Assembly: GCA_964035545.1 (NCBI GenBank)
Contig: OZ037767.1
Span: 11,170,581-11,234,580 of the forward strand
Length of the DNA stretch: 64,000 nt
Direction: 5' to 3'
Source of the DNA: Bugula neritina
Taxonomy: Eukaryota > Animalia > Bryozoa
Within the stretch, counting starts at the first letter, position 1. Each line of letters starts with the position of its first letter. Of the stretch, positions 1 through 15,989 are shown in pieces. A program made the position numbers and the translations under genes. The notes under the pieces are model-generated. The model searched no databases. It was not told where the DNA came from and worked only from the letters and a program-made list of their open reading frames with translations.

Positions 1-950
1 AAACAGCTTTCTGCATATATATTTTTTCTTGATTTTATTGTCAAATGAATGCTACAGTTTTAGTGATTATTTTAGTTTATATGAATACGATTTTTTAAAA
101 AATTCTTGCCCCCCACCCTCCATTGGGATTAGAACCCCAGACCTCCGCCTTTCAAGCATTGCACCACAAAGACTATACTAGGTAAACACAATGTACCTAC
201 TATATTTTTTCATCATACTTTTTAGTTATATAAAGCTGGTATGAGTAGCAAAAATATGCATTGATAGAACATTATGATCAATTAATTATATAAATCAGGT
301 TGTGAACTAATTTAAAGCATTTCAGCTTATACAATAAAGAAAATACTTGGCTGGTTGCATATTTTGCATAATTAGAGCACAGGCTTACTAAACACAAGGT
401 TGGTGGTTAGAATTCATACAAAGATCATTTACGTTGTTGGGAAAAACTTTTTGTTGTAATTGCTCTGTTGACACATTAGAAAACAAGTACTTGGTTCCTT
501 TAAACAAGAGTGGATAACTTCTAAAAATTATCAAAGTAGCAAAGTGTAGGACTATACAGTTATTTAGTTGAGAAAGACAATGCATTATGAACACCTCAGA
601 TGGTGAATAGATTTGCTGAAACATATATATTTTATTCTCAGTAATATTATCTTTATATCAAAGCAGAGCCAACCATGCAGTATGATTTTCTGTAGAAGTG
701 TCAGATAGCATATAGCACATTACTCGCAGTAATCTAAAACATGGAGATCTACAGCAGAACCACTTTGATATCCACAGGACCGTTGCAGGCAAGCTATTTC
801 TATTTGTAAGCCAATCAGATGCTCAGAATAAGTTTCAAGTGTCTTGTATCTTGACAACTCTTGCATCTAAAAAATAATTCTATACAAAACTTTGTGAAAC
901 TGACAAATCATAATATAATAGAAATGATAGAATGTGAAAGTATTTATATT

Positions 951-1945
<995 letters not shown>

Positions 1946-2714
1946 AAACTAGCAAATCACCATATAGCTGAGCTTACGACACTCTCTCCCACTGCCAGGT
2001 TTAATAGTATTCATGATCTTCATCATAGTACCATGCAGGGAAAGAAACTCCACGCTACTGTTCCCGTAGAATGAAGACAAGTCACAGACATGTTTGTGAA
2101 GACGATATGTAAGGCTTGCAGGTCTAGTCTGTAAAAGTTATTTTTAGAAAAGTATTTGTTTAATTTAGACTCAGTCACTAATTTTCCATAAAACAAGGCA
2201 GCTTGCAGCATAGAAACAGTCTTGTTTCAGCGATAGTCCATGGATCATGTATGATTCATTGGTTTGGGACTGGGGTTGAGATAAATCGATTAATTTTTTT
2301 CCAAACAATTAACTTATTTATAAATAAATAATTTAGCATCAACTATGGTAGACAGGTGACATGAATGCACGCAGCCAAATTGTTTATGTTGCTTCCACAT
2401 AAGAGAGGACAACTACGAACGTTTGAGCCAATGCAATGAAAACAAGATAATAGCACTAGAAATCTCCAACCTACATGTTACTGCAACTGTAACCTAACTG
2501 TAACTGGCTAATGTGTTGAACTGAGATGAAATCAAGAACTGTCTCTTTATTTTGAATGATTTACTAAATGTAGCAGCCGCTTGTTGGAAGGATAACTCTC
2601 AAGACATACTTACCGACAGCCCTTCACAGGAATATCTTTGAATTGATGTTATGGGTGATTGACCAATGAAGCAGATAGTTCCATCCTTAGAAATTAAGAG
2701 AAAAATATTTTTAT

Positions 2715-2968
2715 ATTATAGTATATTATAGTGTATTACAGCATCTCACAGTGTATTACAGCATCTCACAGTGTATTACAGCATTTCACAGTGTATTACA
2801 GTATATATCAGTGTATTACAGCATATCACAGTCCATTACAATGTATGACAGTTTATTATTAGTGTATTACAGTATATTACAATGGATTGCGGTGTATTGC
2901 AATGTATTACAGCCTTTCACAGTATATTACAGTGTACTACAGCTTTTTACAGTCTATTACAATGTATA
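2715..2968. repeat. Degenerate tandem repeat (CAGTGTATTA 10/20-bp units)
   Basis: Repeated cagtgtattacagcat units. It explains ORF 2751-3092. Confidence 0.85.
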
Positions 2969-3382
2969 TAGTCTTCAGCTCCGTAGGATAAACAAAAAAC
3001 TAAAACCTTTAGTAAATCTAAACCACATCAATCTGAGAGAGTATTTTTACACACATTTATATACTTTTGTAATAAAAAATTGCATGGTTTAATTAACTAT
3101 GCACTATAAGCTTAACTACGTGTTTTGTTTATAAGTTATGTTTGAAAAATGCTTTTGCAACGAACTTTTTAATAAAGTTTAGTCCTAACCTATAAAGGGT
3201 AGGTATTGCAAACTTTATTGCCTCCTCTTAATAGAATATCTAAGACAACATTTGTTTAGTAGCTGCTAGTATTTATTAATAGAGAAAGTCAGACATTCTA
3301 CGTTGTAGAAGGCAGATTATTTTAACTTGCTGAGCCAATGAAGGTGTTGAACCTACCATAACACTTCTGTTATATGCATGTG

Positions 3383-3385
<3 letters not shown>

Positions 3386-3466
<81 letters not shown>

Positions 3467-3480
3467 ATATGTGTGTGTGT
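3386..3480. repeat. (TA)n/(TG)n microsatellite
   Basis: Direct reading. Confidence 0.97.
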
Positions 3481-5845
3481 ATTATATGCCTACATATATG
3501 CAGAATATTTGTAATATATGTAGGTGTAATATAAGTCTATTATAGGTCGGTAATACACATATATGCCCACATATATTTGTGTTACATACCACATTATATG
3601 CCTACATACATTATATGTGTGTTATATACCATATTACATGCCTGCCTATATGTGTGTTACATACCATATATTATATGCCTATACATATACTGTATGTGTA
3701 TTACACACCGTATAATAGCCATTCAAAGTGTTTAACAAGCTGGAGGCCTGTTCAATGTCTACCATCAAAGGAGAAGTCTTGAAGGCACAATATGATGGAA
3801 CTGATCTCTTCTTCACTCCCAATGAGCCCCTACGAAGAATACAATTTGAATTCATTCATCTGTCCAACTAGATCCCACATTTATGTTATAAGTGAAGAAC
3901 GTGAAGAAACTTTGTACAAACTTGCCAGCTAGTATATCTATTCATTTCATATTTTATTATAAAGGCATTTTATTTTATAGACTTAATTCTATACTTGAAT
4001 TTTAAAGTTTTAAGTAGTTGATTTTGAACAAAAATTAATAAAAGTTTTTTGTATTAAAACATAAAAAGCTCTTGCTTTTTAATTAATAGTTGCATGAGTT
4101 TAGAGGCAGTAGTTTACTGTTAGAAGAAATAAAAGGAAACGTCAATTTATTGCAGAACATAAAACACATTTATAATTAGTATTTCTAGAATTAAGCCTAT
4201 GCTTACAGGTGAACTATTACATGATCATACCTTCTAGATAGCTGAAGATTAGCAGGTTTCACATCTACTAGCCCGACTAACAGAGCACAGGCTATTACTA
4301 GAGATAAGCTAGCTTCTTTACCTATGAGTATAAATTTGCATCACAACTGCATACGTGTACAGTACATGGTGTATGGTGCATTTTTATATTTTTCTATTAA
4401 AGTATTCAATGTTACCAACTGTTAATGTTCTTTAAAGCTAAACTATTATGAGTTATTTTTTAGTTTACTCTTTCTAATCCCTACAGCTAGGTAGACAACA
4501 AACTAATTTTGGTATTTTCCATATTCAACAGGAAGAATATATTAGCATCAGATGCCAAAAATCCCTCAGGTTTCAACATTTTCTCTATACAAAAACTGAA
4601 AAGATATGCACAACCATAATAAGATATTTTCATTATATAGTTTTTAAGTATAAATGATATATTATTTTTAACAGACAGTGTATTATTATGTAATAGATTG
4701 CAAGTTCTGCTGTAAATAAGCTGGCATTTCAAGCTTTAGATTTGTACTATTGACTAAAAATGACTAAAACAATAAAAATATTATTTTTAAAAAAGAACTG
4801 TTACAAAATACTAATAAGTCAATTTAAATATTGAATAATTACATAAATTTTGATGGTGTGTGGTTACTTATTGACAAAAAGTCATAAATTCAAGCTAAAT
4901 AAAGGTGAAAGTGTTACCAGATGATTGAAGTAATAGTTTGCTATCTTTTAGGATAATTGTGTTGAAATTTGAATTATTTTAAAGGTACTTTTTACAATGA
5001 TTAGACTTTATTATGATATTGTCAAACCATCCAACTTTTAACTTTGGTTAATTTGCAAACTTAGTGCCTGGTCACTAAAACTGTACAGCTGTAGGAGATA
5101 CATGTTAGACTAGATTAGTATTTAATACTAATTACTCACCCATTTTTTCAACTTGTGTAGAAAAGTAGAGAGAAAGGATGCTTTTAGAGTAAAAATAAAA
5201 CAGTTGGTTTCTTTGCTTTGATATCTGCTAGATATTGAGAGAATAGTAAAAGTCTGAGTTTCAAGCATGCAGCTTGCCAATGCACTACATATGTGACTGT
5301 TATGGTAAACAGCTGGCTAGGAACAAAGTCTACCATATACACCATAGTTAAGTGTGTACCTTAACTGAGGTTATGTAATACTTGTAGCAGAGAGGTTGTT
5401 AAGTTATTATGGTAGTTTCATAATTATTGGGTAGAAAGAACTGAAAATTACAGTTCATATCTTAAAGCACATGCAGTTTAGTTAGTTGGAATTCCATAGC
5501 TTGAATTTCAACTGATAGGGGCGTACCTCTGAGCCCCCAACTTTAAAACACTAAATAGATCAGACCATTTAATTGTATTTAATTTTAGTAGTTCAGCCCC
5601 CTCAATTACAAACTAGTTATATTTCAATGAGTCAGACTGCATGTGGTTTTCAGATTTGAGCTGTAAGTTTAAACTGAGAATATTGAAATAGTTTCAAATT
5701 GTTGTACCTAACTGACCCAATGGTAACGTCAGGAAGGATTCTAATCACATTATGTTATTAAGACACAGTCATTAATCTACAGTTATAAGCATTAACCATC
5801 ACAGAGACTATAATTCTGGTTTTAAGAATTTTTCTAAATCTGTGG

Positions 5846-6090
<245 letters not shown>

Positions 6091-7069
6091 TTTGTTTAAG
6101 ATTTGTCTCTTCATGTACCTGGAAATTATTGCGTTTTTGAACACTGGTTGTTCAAATTCACTCATGCTGAGAGTTGAAAGTATTCTGAGAGACCTAAAAT
6201 GTATGTTTAAATACTCATTTTTTTGTCACAACCTACTACTGCCTTTCCTTGTGGCTAGAACAATTCTGAAAATATATTTTCTTCTGTGATATACTCATGG
6301 GCAGAAAATACTACTTGGTAATCAGAGCATTTATGCTGCTTTGCCTGCTATTGGGTCAAAAATTATACATAATACTGAACTCATCATTGATTAGAATAAC
6401 TATTTTTATATTACTTACACTAATATTTTAATGAGGAAAGAGTTATAGTTAATTATAGAAATGCAGTATTTCATAGAGAATTGTGGTATATCACACAATA
6501 TGTTTGTTTAAAATTTTAAGAAAATTTTTCACTACTCAAAAAATATGGGTGTTTAGGATACAAACAAATTGAAAAAGGAATAAAAAATAAATTATTTATG
6601 TAGGAATTGTCAAACAAAGCTAAAATATAACTAAAAATAAAGTTACTTGGCCAGGCAGTGCTTGTGTAACACAATGCTGCATTTACACACTTTTCATACG
6701 ACTTAGTACTACCTGCCTGCAGCCAAAGAATGGCTGGGTATTGAGCTATTATAACTGAACAGGAATGCTATTGAGAAGACAACTTCACTCTGATTTATTC
6801 GATTTGATATAGTCCATGATTAACATTATTATAGGCTTAGTCTTGCTAGTATATTTTCATACAAGGAAGTACTTATATTAAATTTGTTATCAACCTCCAC
6901 AGAAAATAGCAGCTTCTCTCAGCTAACTCTTCACTGCAATTTATAATTATAATTATACAAAATGTTACTAAAATTGTATCCTATTTATATATTATTAATT
7001 TGCTATAGAATAGGTATTTATGGAGATAAACAATATTAAAAAACACAAGCAGGTGCATAGTGGCCATCC

Positions 7070-7263
7070 CTGATGGAAAAGTTTCTTTAAATAGGGCTAA
7101 GAACTAACTCATCTATGTGGCACAGGAGCAATTTTGACTGGATGCTCTTCTTAACATCCCCAATGACCTTTACTGGCCGATTCAAATTAATGACTTTGTG
7201 TTTGCTAAGCCAAACACTCTATAAAACAGTCTAACCTCTAACCCCTATACCATGGCTGCTCCC
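7070..7263 (-). mobile_element. tRNA-derived SINE, diverged copy
   Basis: The reverse complement aligns by eye with 35168-35340 (ggagcag..atggt, gagcatccagtca, gttcttagccc, tttccatcag). Confidence 0.75.
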
Positions 7264-8455
7264 TAGGTTATAAACAATATTATATAATATTATAAAAATG
7301 TGATGATAGTCATGTTGGATCAGCTGAAATGAATTTTATTTACAACCTGCACAGAGCTCCAAACTTTCAGTACTCTGTCTTCTGCTACTTCACAGCAACT
7401 CCTTGCTCGCTCTATAGCCAATCAGATGCAGTTGTTAATCTGACCAACGGTTAAGTGAACCTAAGACCAGGCTTACACTGTCTTCTGTAAAACCTGGTAC
7501 TAGGATCTATCAACCTCAGCTATACTGTCTGCTGACTCTCTCACTCTATCTTCCTTCCTCCAGAATCAATGCTTTCACTTCAGAAAACTGCATCGGAATG
7601 GGAAAATGTTTTACATCTTCTAATATATAATTCTAAATCTGTCGTGAGATGTTGATGGACTAAACATACAACATATTCTATTCCTCATAGCTCTTCCAGT
7701 CTTGACAGTCACACAATGAGGTGTTGACAACAGTTTCATTGTTTTTATCTCAACATCCAACCGTTGATATTGTATGCATATTTTGTTTTTAGAAAAACAA
7801 AATATGCAAACATATTTTTTAAAATGTCATAAAATGCTTTGAATATATTAAAAGTCATCAAGCCTAAACTTCTCTGCCCAATAATATGGCAATAAACAAA
7901 ATTAGTTTTAGTCAACACCATACCCATTAGAGTTTATCAGAACAGTTTAAGATTAATTGCTTTATATAGTACATTAATGTATTAATACTTATAGACTAGT
8001 AATAAAGGCATCCCAATAACATAAATCTTTTAATTACACGATCATATGAATTTTGGTTTGGTTTGAAAATATCACAAGAGCATAACTTCCTTTGCAAAAT
8101 TCTTTTACCTATAATAACACAAGCTTTTGTTGGAGACGAAACTGCATCTATGCTTAATTAACATAAAGCTGTAGGTATATAAGCTATGCAGTAGGTGTTG
8201 TCTTCATACGTCTAGCCACCATTAACAATTGCAAAATAGACCACTAAATAGTTATTGAAAGGTAGCATTTTGCAATATATTCAGTTTATTATCCTTAAAA
8301 ATTTAACCCTCTAGCTGTTTGTGTCTGGAAGTCTGTGATACTTATGGACAACTGTGAACATTGTTGTGATGCTTTGAGTGACTACAAGCTTGATACAAGT
8401 TTACACCTACATGTGGCATGCATTGCTGGTATTTACTTAATTACAAGTACAAGTT

Positions 8456-8615
8456 CATTTAGGACCAGTATGGTAGCGAAGAAATTGCGATAGCCTAAAT
8501 TCTTCAAATTTTTGATTTTGGGCGGGGTTGAAATTCTTGCGAGCATTTAACTTTTTTGCTACATTTTTAATCTAGAACACAGAATTTTCTTAATTTCTCC
8601 ATTACTGCACCTACA
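8456..8615 (+). mobile_element. ~165-bp dispersed repeat with short subterminal inverted repeats (copy 1 of 4)
   Basis: Shares catttagga.cagta, ggttgaaattc, ttttgctacattt.taatctagaacac and ttactgcacctac with the copies at 14255, 36615 and 56860. Confidence 0.85.
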
Positions 8616-10000
8616 TCCCCACATCAGAGATTTATGTAGTTTTAACAGAGACTTTCACTGAAAGACCAAAAATTTGCAAAATAACTTGTTATGTAATCAA
8701 ATGTTACGTTTAAGCTGATGGATATAATTAAATTTAGGTACAACAGCTGAAAGCGCTGGAATAAGTTGTCTTCTCTACATGAAGAGCTGCTTGTGTATTT
8801 CAAAGCCGGAGCCTGGAAAATGGTTGCTGCAACTTTTCAAACCTCTGTTTACTGAATAATTGACTATTTATTTGGCTACAGAAAACTTTGTTAGATGAAA
8901 AAACTAGAATAGTTTTCATGAACTATGATCTACGAAAATGAGAGAACTCGGTAACTAATTTCTAAAGCTTCTTGCTGCACCTAAAAGTGTTCAGCTTTGA
9001 AATTCAAATTATACAGCAAAACACATATACTTGTATACAACATATAAATACTTTCAAAGCAAGTAGAAAATTAATGAAGAGGAAGATTAAATATGGAACG
9101 TTACCTGAACTGTAAGCTCTATGATCCGAGCAAATAAGGAACGCAACACTCCTCTCAGCTAATGCTAATTGGAACCTATTTTCCGTGTATTTCAACACTG
9201 CATCTACCAACAGTTGATGGCACAGAGTGTCTACTTACAAAGTAACTAGTGGAGAGCAAGTACAACAGGGCAATGTAACCATTACAGGCTACAGTGATGC
9301 ACCAAGCAGAGATGTGTGTTTATGTAATAAGCTGGGCTTGTCCTGACTGTCAACTACATCCAGATACAGTGATGTTATAAAAGTATAAATGCATAATGAG
9401 AAAACAGATGATTACAAGAGTGATTAACAGCCTTTTCTTGCCTAGCAGTTTCCATTATCCATGTGGTATGACCTATTTATTACTTAGCTTGAAGAACAAG
9501 AAGGGGGGGGGGGTGGGGGTGGGGTGGGGCCAAAAGTCACAAAAAGCACTGCGATATTACTCATCTATCATATGTATAAAGTTAGGCTAAGCAATAAGGA
9601 AAGAAATGCCAATGCTTTGGTAATAACAGGCACTAACCAAGTTTTATTGGTGTCAAATAACAAAACATTAACAAAAGTGAACAAGAAAAATTTTCAAATA
9701 TTATATAAAAATATACTTAAGTTTTAAATAAGTTATAAATTAAAAATAGACTAGTGAATGAATTACAGCGAAAGTGACTATTAACTAAAAAAGTTGTTGC
9801 GGTTTACTCTTAGAGCAAAAGCCATTTTCTATCAAAAGAAATTTAATTAAAAATGAGCCACAATACAAATTACTTACTTATAATAGTAATACTCTGACAA
9901 TGTATTCTTTAGTAATTTTTGAAATTATAAAACAATATAATCTATCTATCCTAAGTTAAACACAGTAGAAATGCAAAACTGTAGACTCTGCTCCGATGAC

Positions 10001-13000
10001 CTATACATCAAATATCCTCGACCCCATCCTGGTAGGAATTTGGTCATATGTCTGTGAGGCTAGGAAACCTTCTCTGTTGATCATCTCAGTGTTTGCCGGA
10101 GTCTGTGTGGAAACTGTGCGAACCCAACTAACATCCTTGCAACTAGCGCACAGATGCATGCTGGTGGGATGGGCGGCCATGTTGGCCAGCCTACTGTCCG
10201 ACAATATTCGTGGAAAAGGGGACACAGTCATCAAGTCCCGTTTTATTGGCTAGTGACAAAAATATAGATAGAAATTTGATAACAATTTCGAGCTTTTTTT
10301 GACCACAGATAATAATTGCAAATGTTACATGCATTAGTGGTAAAGTATCAGCTAAATGACAGTAGCAGCCTGATTTATATGCTCTTTGGTGAAAGCAGCT
10401 TACAATGCAGGAGGCAGAAGTTGGTGGTAAAAAAAGTTAGTCTAACATTAAATTGAACAAAGCAATAGAAGAGGGGAGAGGAGTGATTTATGTGTCAGAC
10501 AGTAGACTGTGACATGCAGTGTCAGTGTCTAAGCTCTAAAGTAAGGTATTAATTTGTAGGTATGTAATAACTGGAGTTATCAGCACCACAAGTAACTGTT
10601 CACAGCACATCTAGCCCAGAGTGTGGGGGGGGGGAGGTTATAGTGATTACTAGAAGTCAGCCAGTTTATAGCACTTATAGAATGCAGTTAGTTCATCAAG
10701 AGTTCAAACATGTCAGCAATTCAAACTGTGACAGCTCTTCAAATCATGTGCTGACAGCAAACACAATGGAGATGTTGAAACAAGACTGCCAGAGAACAGA
10801 GGGTAGAGTGCTAACCTTTGGGCTGGGATCAAACATCATGGCACAGGGCGGGAAGGTTGACATGGGCATAGCCCTCACAGTTGGTCTATTAGTTTCACTG
10901 TCTGTTATCATAGGGTGTTTGTCTTCGTGTGCCTCTATGTTTCTATTCAGTTTAGAAACTTCTTTAGCCACCTGTAGGAAGACACTGTGAATACTAATAC
11001 CATACATCAACCAGGCTATTGCAATACTTGGCCTACACTATAACCCAGAAGTATAATCATCTGTTTAGACTAGTTCTAGCATACAATGTTGCCTCAACAA
11101 AACCAGTCAAAAATCCTAAACTCAAGCGAGCAAAAAGACTATAATTTTGCACCTAATAGATTAAACAGTACACTAAAGGGTCAGGAGTGTTACATACATG
11201 TTTGTGTCTGCTGAATTCATTATATAATCTACAAAACAGCCACACATTGTGTTGGACTTGACTACACCCACTCATTCGTTAACTAATCCACTAATCCAAC
11301 CCCTTCTTTTAACACACCCTTTACACAACACTTCGCAGTCACATCAACATTAATTAAAATATATTTGTTGAGTTGATTGTCATTTGATATATTTTTGTAA
11401 TTTTTTAAATACATGGTCTAAAGTCTAAAATCTAAAGTCCAAAACAATCAACATTTTGTACATCAACCCAGTGTTACTAGGCAGATTGAGTTATACACAC
11501 TAAAACATCACAATGTTGATAAAAGACTGAAGGCATTAGACCAGCAATTAAAGATAAGAAGCACAAACAGCGAGTGAGAGAGTTGAAGCTGACTTACTAC
11601 TGCCTACTACCTAACAAATAGCCTCAGTTTCAAACTTTATTGCTTTATGAAATATGCGAAGTAATTTCCCCTTACAGCTAGGTTGAAGTTACTTCAGGAT
11701 TTTATGCTAAAGGTCAAGGGTCACGTGTGATTTGAGGGCTTCAATTGAGCCTTCAATGCAGGAGAGTGAAATTCAGAATAGTAGAGTGTACAGAACAGTT
11801 CTATCCATAAGCTTAGCAATGCATACTAAAAGTGCTACAGTTACTCTAACATGAAACTTAGAGAAGATCATATAAAAATTAGTGACAACTTTCAAAATAA
11901 GGAAGATAAACATAAATATTATATGTTACAGATTGCATAGTGGCCACACTTGCATGTCATTTAAATCAGTTCCTCAATATTTGATAAAAGCCATTTTCAT
12001 TAAATAAATCATATTTCCAATAGCCAATGCCAAATAAAAGATGCACAAGAACAACCAAGTAAACAAGCAACCAATGCTAACACTGGTTGTTATGGAAAGT
12101 AAATTATAAGAAAGGAAACAACTCCTATCAAATAGTGAGGAGAAAAATGATTAACTGAAAGACACAGAAATGATTAGAAATCGGAAAACTGGAACAGGAC
12201 ACAAGATGCAGTACTACAAACACTAAACTTTACCTCATAATGACCCTGCAAAGGAAACATAAGCTGCATATACACAACATAGCAGGCTGGGTTGTAAGCT
12301 GTACATAAAATAGTCGGTGTCATTCCATATAGACGACCCCAAATATTGCCATCAAATATATGTGCAGATCATATTTAAATATTTAAACTTTGAAATTCTT
12401 ACTTACAACAAGAAATCTTTTTTTAAAAACGACCTATTTCAAGAGTTATCAGTTGAGAAATTTGTTGTCATTTAAGTAGTCTAATTAAATCATAAATAAT
12501 AAGTACTCGTTTATTGGCAAAATAGCACTAGATGTAAAGAATACAAAGTGATTGCTTTCCTGTGATGTTGAGTTTAAGTGCTTAAGGTGTCAAAAACTTT
12601 CACACCTCATAATGTTCACCTCTACAACTTATAAAATCAAAATAAATGCAACTTAGTATCAAATATCATTAATGTTTTTAATTCTCAATGTTTTTAAATA
12701 AAGTCGTCTAAATGGAAGTTGTCCAGTTGGGGGTCGTCTAAGTGAAATATATTGATGGTCGTTTACCTGGAATTAAAACAAATAATCGCATAGCGGCTTT
12801 GGCAACTCTAAATTTCATGCTATCACTGAATATCAAGAAAATATCTTACCAACACTTTATTGACATTCACATCTGTCTGACACTTCCTTAGTAAGTCCAT
12901 TACTACTCTACACTGGGCAGCTAATGTATCCTAGAAACAATATCCATACATATTACTACACATGAACTACATGTAGATTTAACAATTGAGAACCAATATG

Positions 13001-15989
13001 GGAACTATTTGAAGCAGAGACAGCCTAATTTCTCAAAAGATTAGTTATATTTCCATTTAGTATTACACAGTTCTATTTTTTGAGTGCTAGTTTCATTTTT
13101 ATTAAATTCTAGTTGTATTTACTAGTTTCATTTAGTATTAGTTCTATTTCTATTTATTACTAGTTTTATTGGTTGCTTTTACCTTCATTTCATGGCTAAA
13201 GAAACAGCCGTAATATAACTACTCCCAGTCACTATACTTCCTACTATATTATAACTAATTACTAACTGAAACCCACCTTTTCCAATACTACGTCCTCCAC
13301 ACGCTTATCAGCAGCCTTTAACTTCCTGTGAATTTCCTCGTGAATTTCCATCGTAGCCTCCTTTTCAGAATCATAGTCCTGCACCAAAGCAAGTATCTTA
13401 TCTTCCAAGTTGTGATTTATAACCTCCAGTCTACGATGATTATTCAACAATCTGTAACACAAAACGTGTGACCGTGTGATGAAGGTGTGAACAGTGTGGG
13501 CATAGCCTAACCCACCCGAACACTAACAGCATCAACCTCAGAACCTCAGTATCATCCTTCCTTAGACTATAAAAGTAGACTTGCATTCAATGTTTACAAT
13601 AGAGAGGAAAGCTTATTTATAAGAGTCTGAAGAATTAGAACAAGGAGGTACTTTTAGGGTTAAAATATCAAAAATAATAAGTGACATAATTTCACATGTG
13701 ATGCTGAATATTCGGGGAGCAAGTAAATATATTGAAAACAATATTCATGACACAAAGAGCAGTATCTAGGTATCATATATTAGATAGACTAAGAGCCAAA
13801 CTTCCACTTCATCTCTCCACCCCTCACTTAGTATGCAGCTTTAGGCTAACTTACATATCGTATCTATCATTATATTTGGTAGTTTCTTTCTGGTGTCTCA
13901 TTTCAGCTTCTTCCAGCATTTCCTGCGATACTTTAAGTTCTTTCTTAAGGTTAGATATTGTAAGACGAGATTCCTTTAGTGAGGCGTTCAACACTTCGAT
14001 ATCATGATGCAGGTCTAGACTACATTACATAACCATTAGTAGTACTAAGCTAACACACTGGACTAACACACTCGGCTATCAACAATAAAACAATATAGAA
14101 AAGGAAAAATACTTTAATTTTGTCATCATTTACAACTCATTTGAGCAAATTCATGCTCTTGTTTCAGTCCTCTAGGCTCACATGGCCAACACCAATAGAT
14201 TTACTCTCAAATACAATACATTATCTAAAGGGGAATAAAACTGTTGGAATTAGCAGCCTAAGGTTGCTGTCTTTTAGTGTATAAGTGGAGAAGATTTAAT
14301 TGCCTAAATTCTTAATTATGGTTTGGGAGATGGGTTGAAATTCTCATGAGAACATAACTTCTTTTGCTACATTTCTAATCTAGAATATGGGCTTCTGTTC
14401 AAATTCTCTATTACTGTACCCACCTTGGTGCTGATACATAAAAAGAGATAAAGTGAAGAGCTGTAAGCATACCTGTTAGTATTACAGTTGTTACACAGGC
14501 ATCCACACTCCTACAAATATAATAAAATATTAACATAGGGTGATAAGCTAAAGCTGTATGACTATGCGGGTGCTACCACTCTGCCACCTGGTATATTAGA
14601 CGGTTTGTAGTACTCGAGCTATAGGCCAGGGCTAAACTGGGACAGAATCTTGATGCTAAAGATGAAAAGTTATCTTCTCGTTATTATTTAGAAACTGACA
14701 CCAGGAGCTGTTCAGTTGTTATACTATCAAGTAACAGGCCCTACATACAGTCTAGTTAAATATAGACACATCAAGAAATCTGATGAAAATAATATCAATA
14801 TCATTAAATTTTTGGCTCTTTTGAGCCATGTCTCCATGTTAATAGAAGTTGTCATACCTTACAATTACCCATCATCTTGGGCAACACAATGATAGCTTTA
14901 GTGGTTTGTACAGAATAGCACCGTCTTCCAGCTAAACTACCAACTGAATGTTCTGTTGGTTTCTTTTTAGACTTTGCTTGATTTCCTGTTAAATGTGGGA
15001 TAGATGTATGAATAATGTATAAAATACAGCATACATATGTAATACTATATGTAGTACAGTATTATTATACAATATATATGTAATATAATGGGCATATGTA
15101 ATGAAACATGTAATGTAAAGTTTATATGTAATAAAACATACAATATAGCATATGATATGTGTGATAAAGTATGTAATATAGAAAATTGCATGCCATACAG
15201 CTTTATATACTGAGTTAATAATCACTATTGAGTTAGCTAGTTGAATCAACACAGAACCAGCACATATTGTCAGGTGCAGGTAACACACAGGTGCCCACAA
15301 GTGTGTCTCCACTGACTTTACCTAACGACTAGCTAGACCTTTCAGGTAAAAGTAACTCAACTGAGGTAATAATGATCAAGAGTTTTCGACAGGTCTTTTA
15401 TGATTTCATAAGCGAAAGTTCGCACCAAAAGAGAAAAACAAATTCATAACACTGAAATATTATTTAATTAACAGAGGCACTGTCTACAATTGTTTTGTTT
15501 TTACTATCCCCCCAAGTTTGCCTGCAAAGGATTATGTTAAAATGATAAAATTAACAGTGATAATAAAAATATATCCAACTTAGAATTTAATTGTGTGAAG
15601 CCTTCCAGCTAAAAAGTACTCTATGATTACTAAAACGTACTCAAACATAATTACTTTCTAATAAAACTTCTACAGCATCAATATCCATAATAAAGTGGAG
15701 TTTGCTAATAGTAATAAAGAAATGAAGTAAATTAATGCATAATATATTTGTGTTAAGACTACACTAACAACTTGAGACTGAGCGGACAGTGGATAAATAA
15801 TAAATTATATAATTCAATAAATATAATATAGTATAAATTCATAAAACAAGTAGTAATAATAAACATTATAATCCATAGATAATATAAAATTCATGGTCAA
15901 ACTTTGCAGACAAAGGCAATAATTTATATGACACTGTAGAGAAAAAAATAAACTTAACTGCATGAGTTACCTTTTGCAGTGGAACTCAT
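10001..15989 (-). CDS. TJAP1: TJAP1 (Pilt)/BEGAIN-family coiled-coil protein, about 336 aa (293 aa if it starts at MMGNCK, 14875)
   Basis: Phase-consistent GT-AG exons: 15989-15971, 14985-14858, 14510-14473, 14019-13855, 13451-13277, 12930-12850, 10971-10816, 10249-10001. Motifs CKECGCLCNNC, LHHDIEVL, HRRLEVINHNLEDKILALVQDYDSEK (compare BEGAIN LQRINQELEDKL..YEEEK), QC..MDLLRKC, PMSTFPPCAM and CASC..VSTQT match the family as I recall it. Confidence 0.8.
12322..12773. mobile_element. MITE-like element with inverted subterminal motifs, in an intron
   Basis: ttccatatagacgacccc near 12323 is the inverse of three gtcgtcta..tggaa-like motifs at about 12703-12772. Confidence 0.5.
14255..14425 (+). 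mobile_element. ~165-bp dispersed repeat (copy 2, diverged)
   Basis: Contains gggttgaaattctcatgagaacataacttcttttgctacatttctaatctagaa, shared with the other copies. Confidence 0.8.

Noticed and set aside
7340-9240. Minus-strand exon-like segments (about 7350-7420, 7475-7700, 9105-9235)
   Set aside because: They contain stops or could not be chained in phase, and show no recognisable protein motif.
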